A program made the position numbers and the translations under genes. This document shows, piece after piece, positions 63,472 through 64,000 of a stretch of 64,000 bases of DNA; within the stretch, counting starts at the first letter, position 1, and each line of letters starts with the position of its first letter. Below the pieces are notes generated by a model. It worked only from the letters and a program-made list of their open reading frames with translations. It was not told the origin of the DNA and ran no database searches. The stretch comes from Octopus sinensis (taxonomy: Eukaryota). The stretch is from the NCBI RefSeq assembly GCF_006345805.1, contig NC_042998.1, positions 51,150,001 to 51,214,000 of the forward strand, given 5' to 3'.

Positions 63472-64000
63472 CGTGTGTGTGTATTTCTATAGACATGTGT
63501 GTTCATGATGTGAATGATGTGTGTAAATGCTAGCAGTAGATAAATAATTAGATAATTAGAAAGAAAAAAGAAAGAAAGAATGAAAGAGAGGGACCAGCAG
63601 ACAAATAGCCAGACACAGACCGAATATGTTGACATGTTATGAAAAAGAAATAATCACTTTCCCAGACGTTTTAAAATGAATTCATAAATTTTTCATCTCA
63701 GCCTAATAAGAAAAATGTGATCTGAATTCTGTCTGAGTTGGGTTTGACTTTCAACCAGACATTGAAAGTGAAACTCATCAATTGCTCCAAGGAAAAAAGA
63801 AATATTAAAGATCACTTTCATGTATATTGCTTGTCCTTTGATTTCAGTTTTTTTTTTTTTCTTCCTTACGAACAAAAAGAAACAAATTCTCTCCTTAGTT
63901 CTCAGCAGGATTTTATTTCCAGAAGCAAATTTAACTCTATTAGTATCAAAAATATTTTTCTTTCAAATTTAATTTTTTTTGTGTGTGTGTATGTCTTTTC

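Overview
This is AT-rich, microsatellite-dense animal DNA whose SINE repertoire looks like octopus (coleoid cephalopod); the taxon is recognised from memory, not from a search. Almost all ORFs in the track are microsatellite or transposon artefacts. The only host-gene signal is on the minus strand: two phase-compatible exons (13459-13197 and a terminal exon 11827-11778 ending ...LDEEVKV*). Most of 13.5-64 kb is therefore probably intron. The rest is nested transposon debris: tRNA-derived SINEs with swappable heads and tails, mariner DD34D, maT DD37D, Tc1, hAT and piggyBac relics, a non-autonomous Helitron, and RTE, R4-like and other LINE fragments. The most interesting layer is a set of Penelope-like (PLE) insertions in TA or CA microsatellites that carry minimal type-I hammerhead ribozymes and form long fold-back palindromes. 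It includes a non-coding 504-bp retrozyme-like unit with an intact hammerhead (46.4-47.3 kb), a covarying relative (62.8 kb), a G3-C8 core variant (4.4 kb) and a GIY-YIG-bearing PLE relic (44.1-45.5 kb). A further fold-back (51.2 kb, inside a hAT relic) pivots on a tRNA-Met-like anticodon loop. All coordinates were read by eye, and repeat boundaries are approximate unless a TSD or TIR is quoted.
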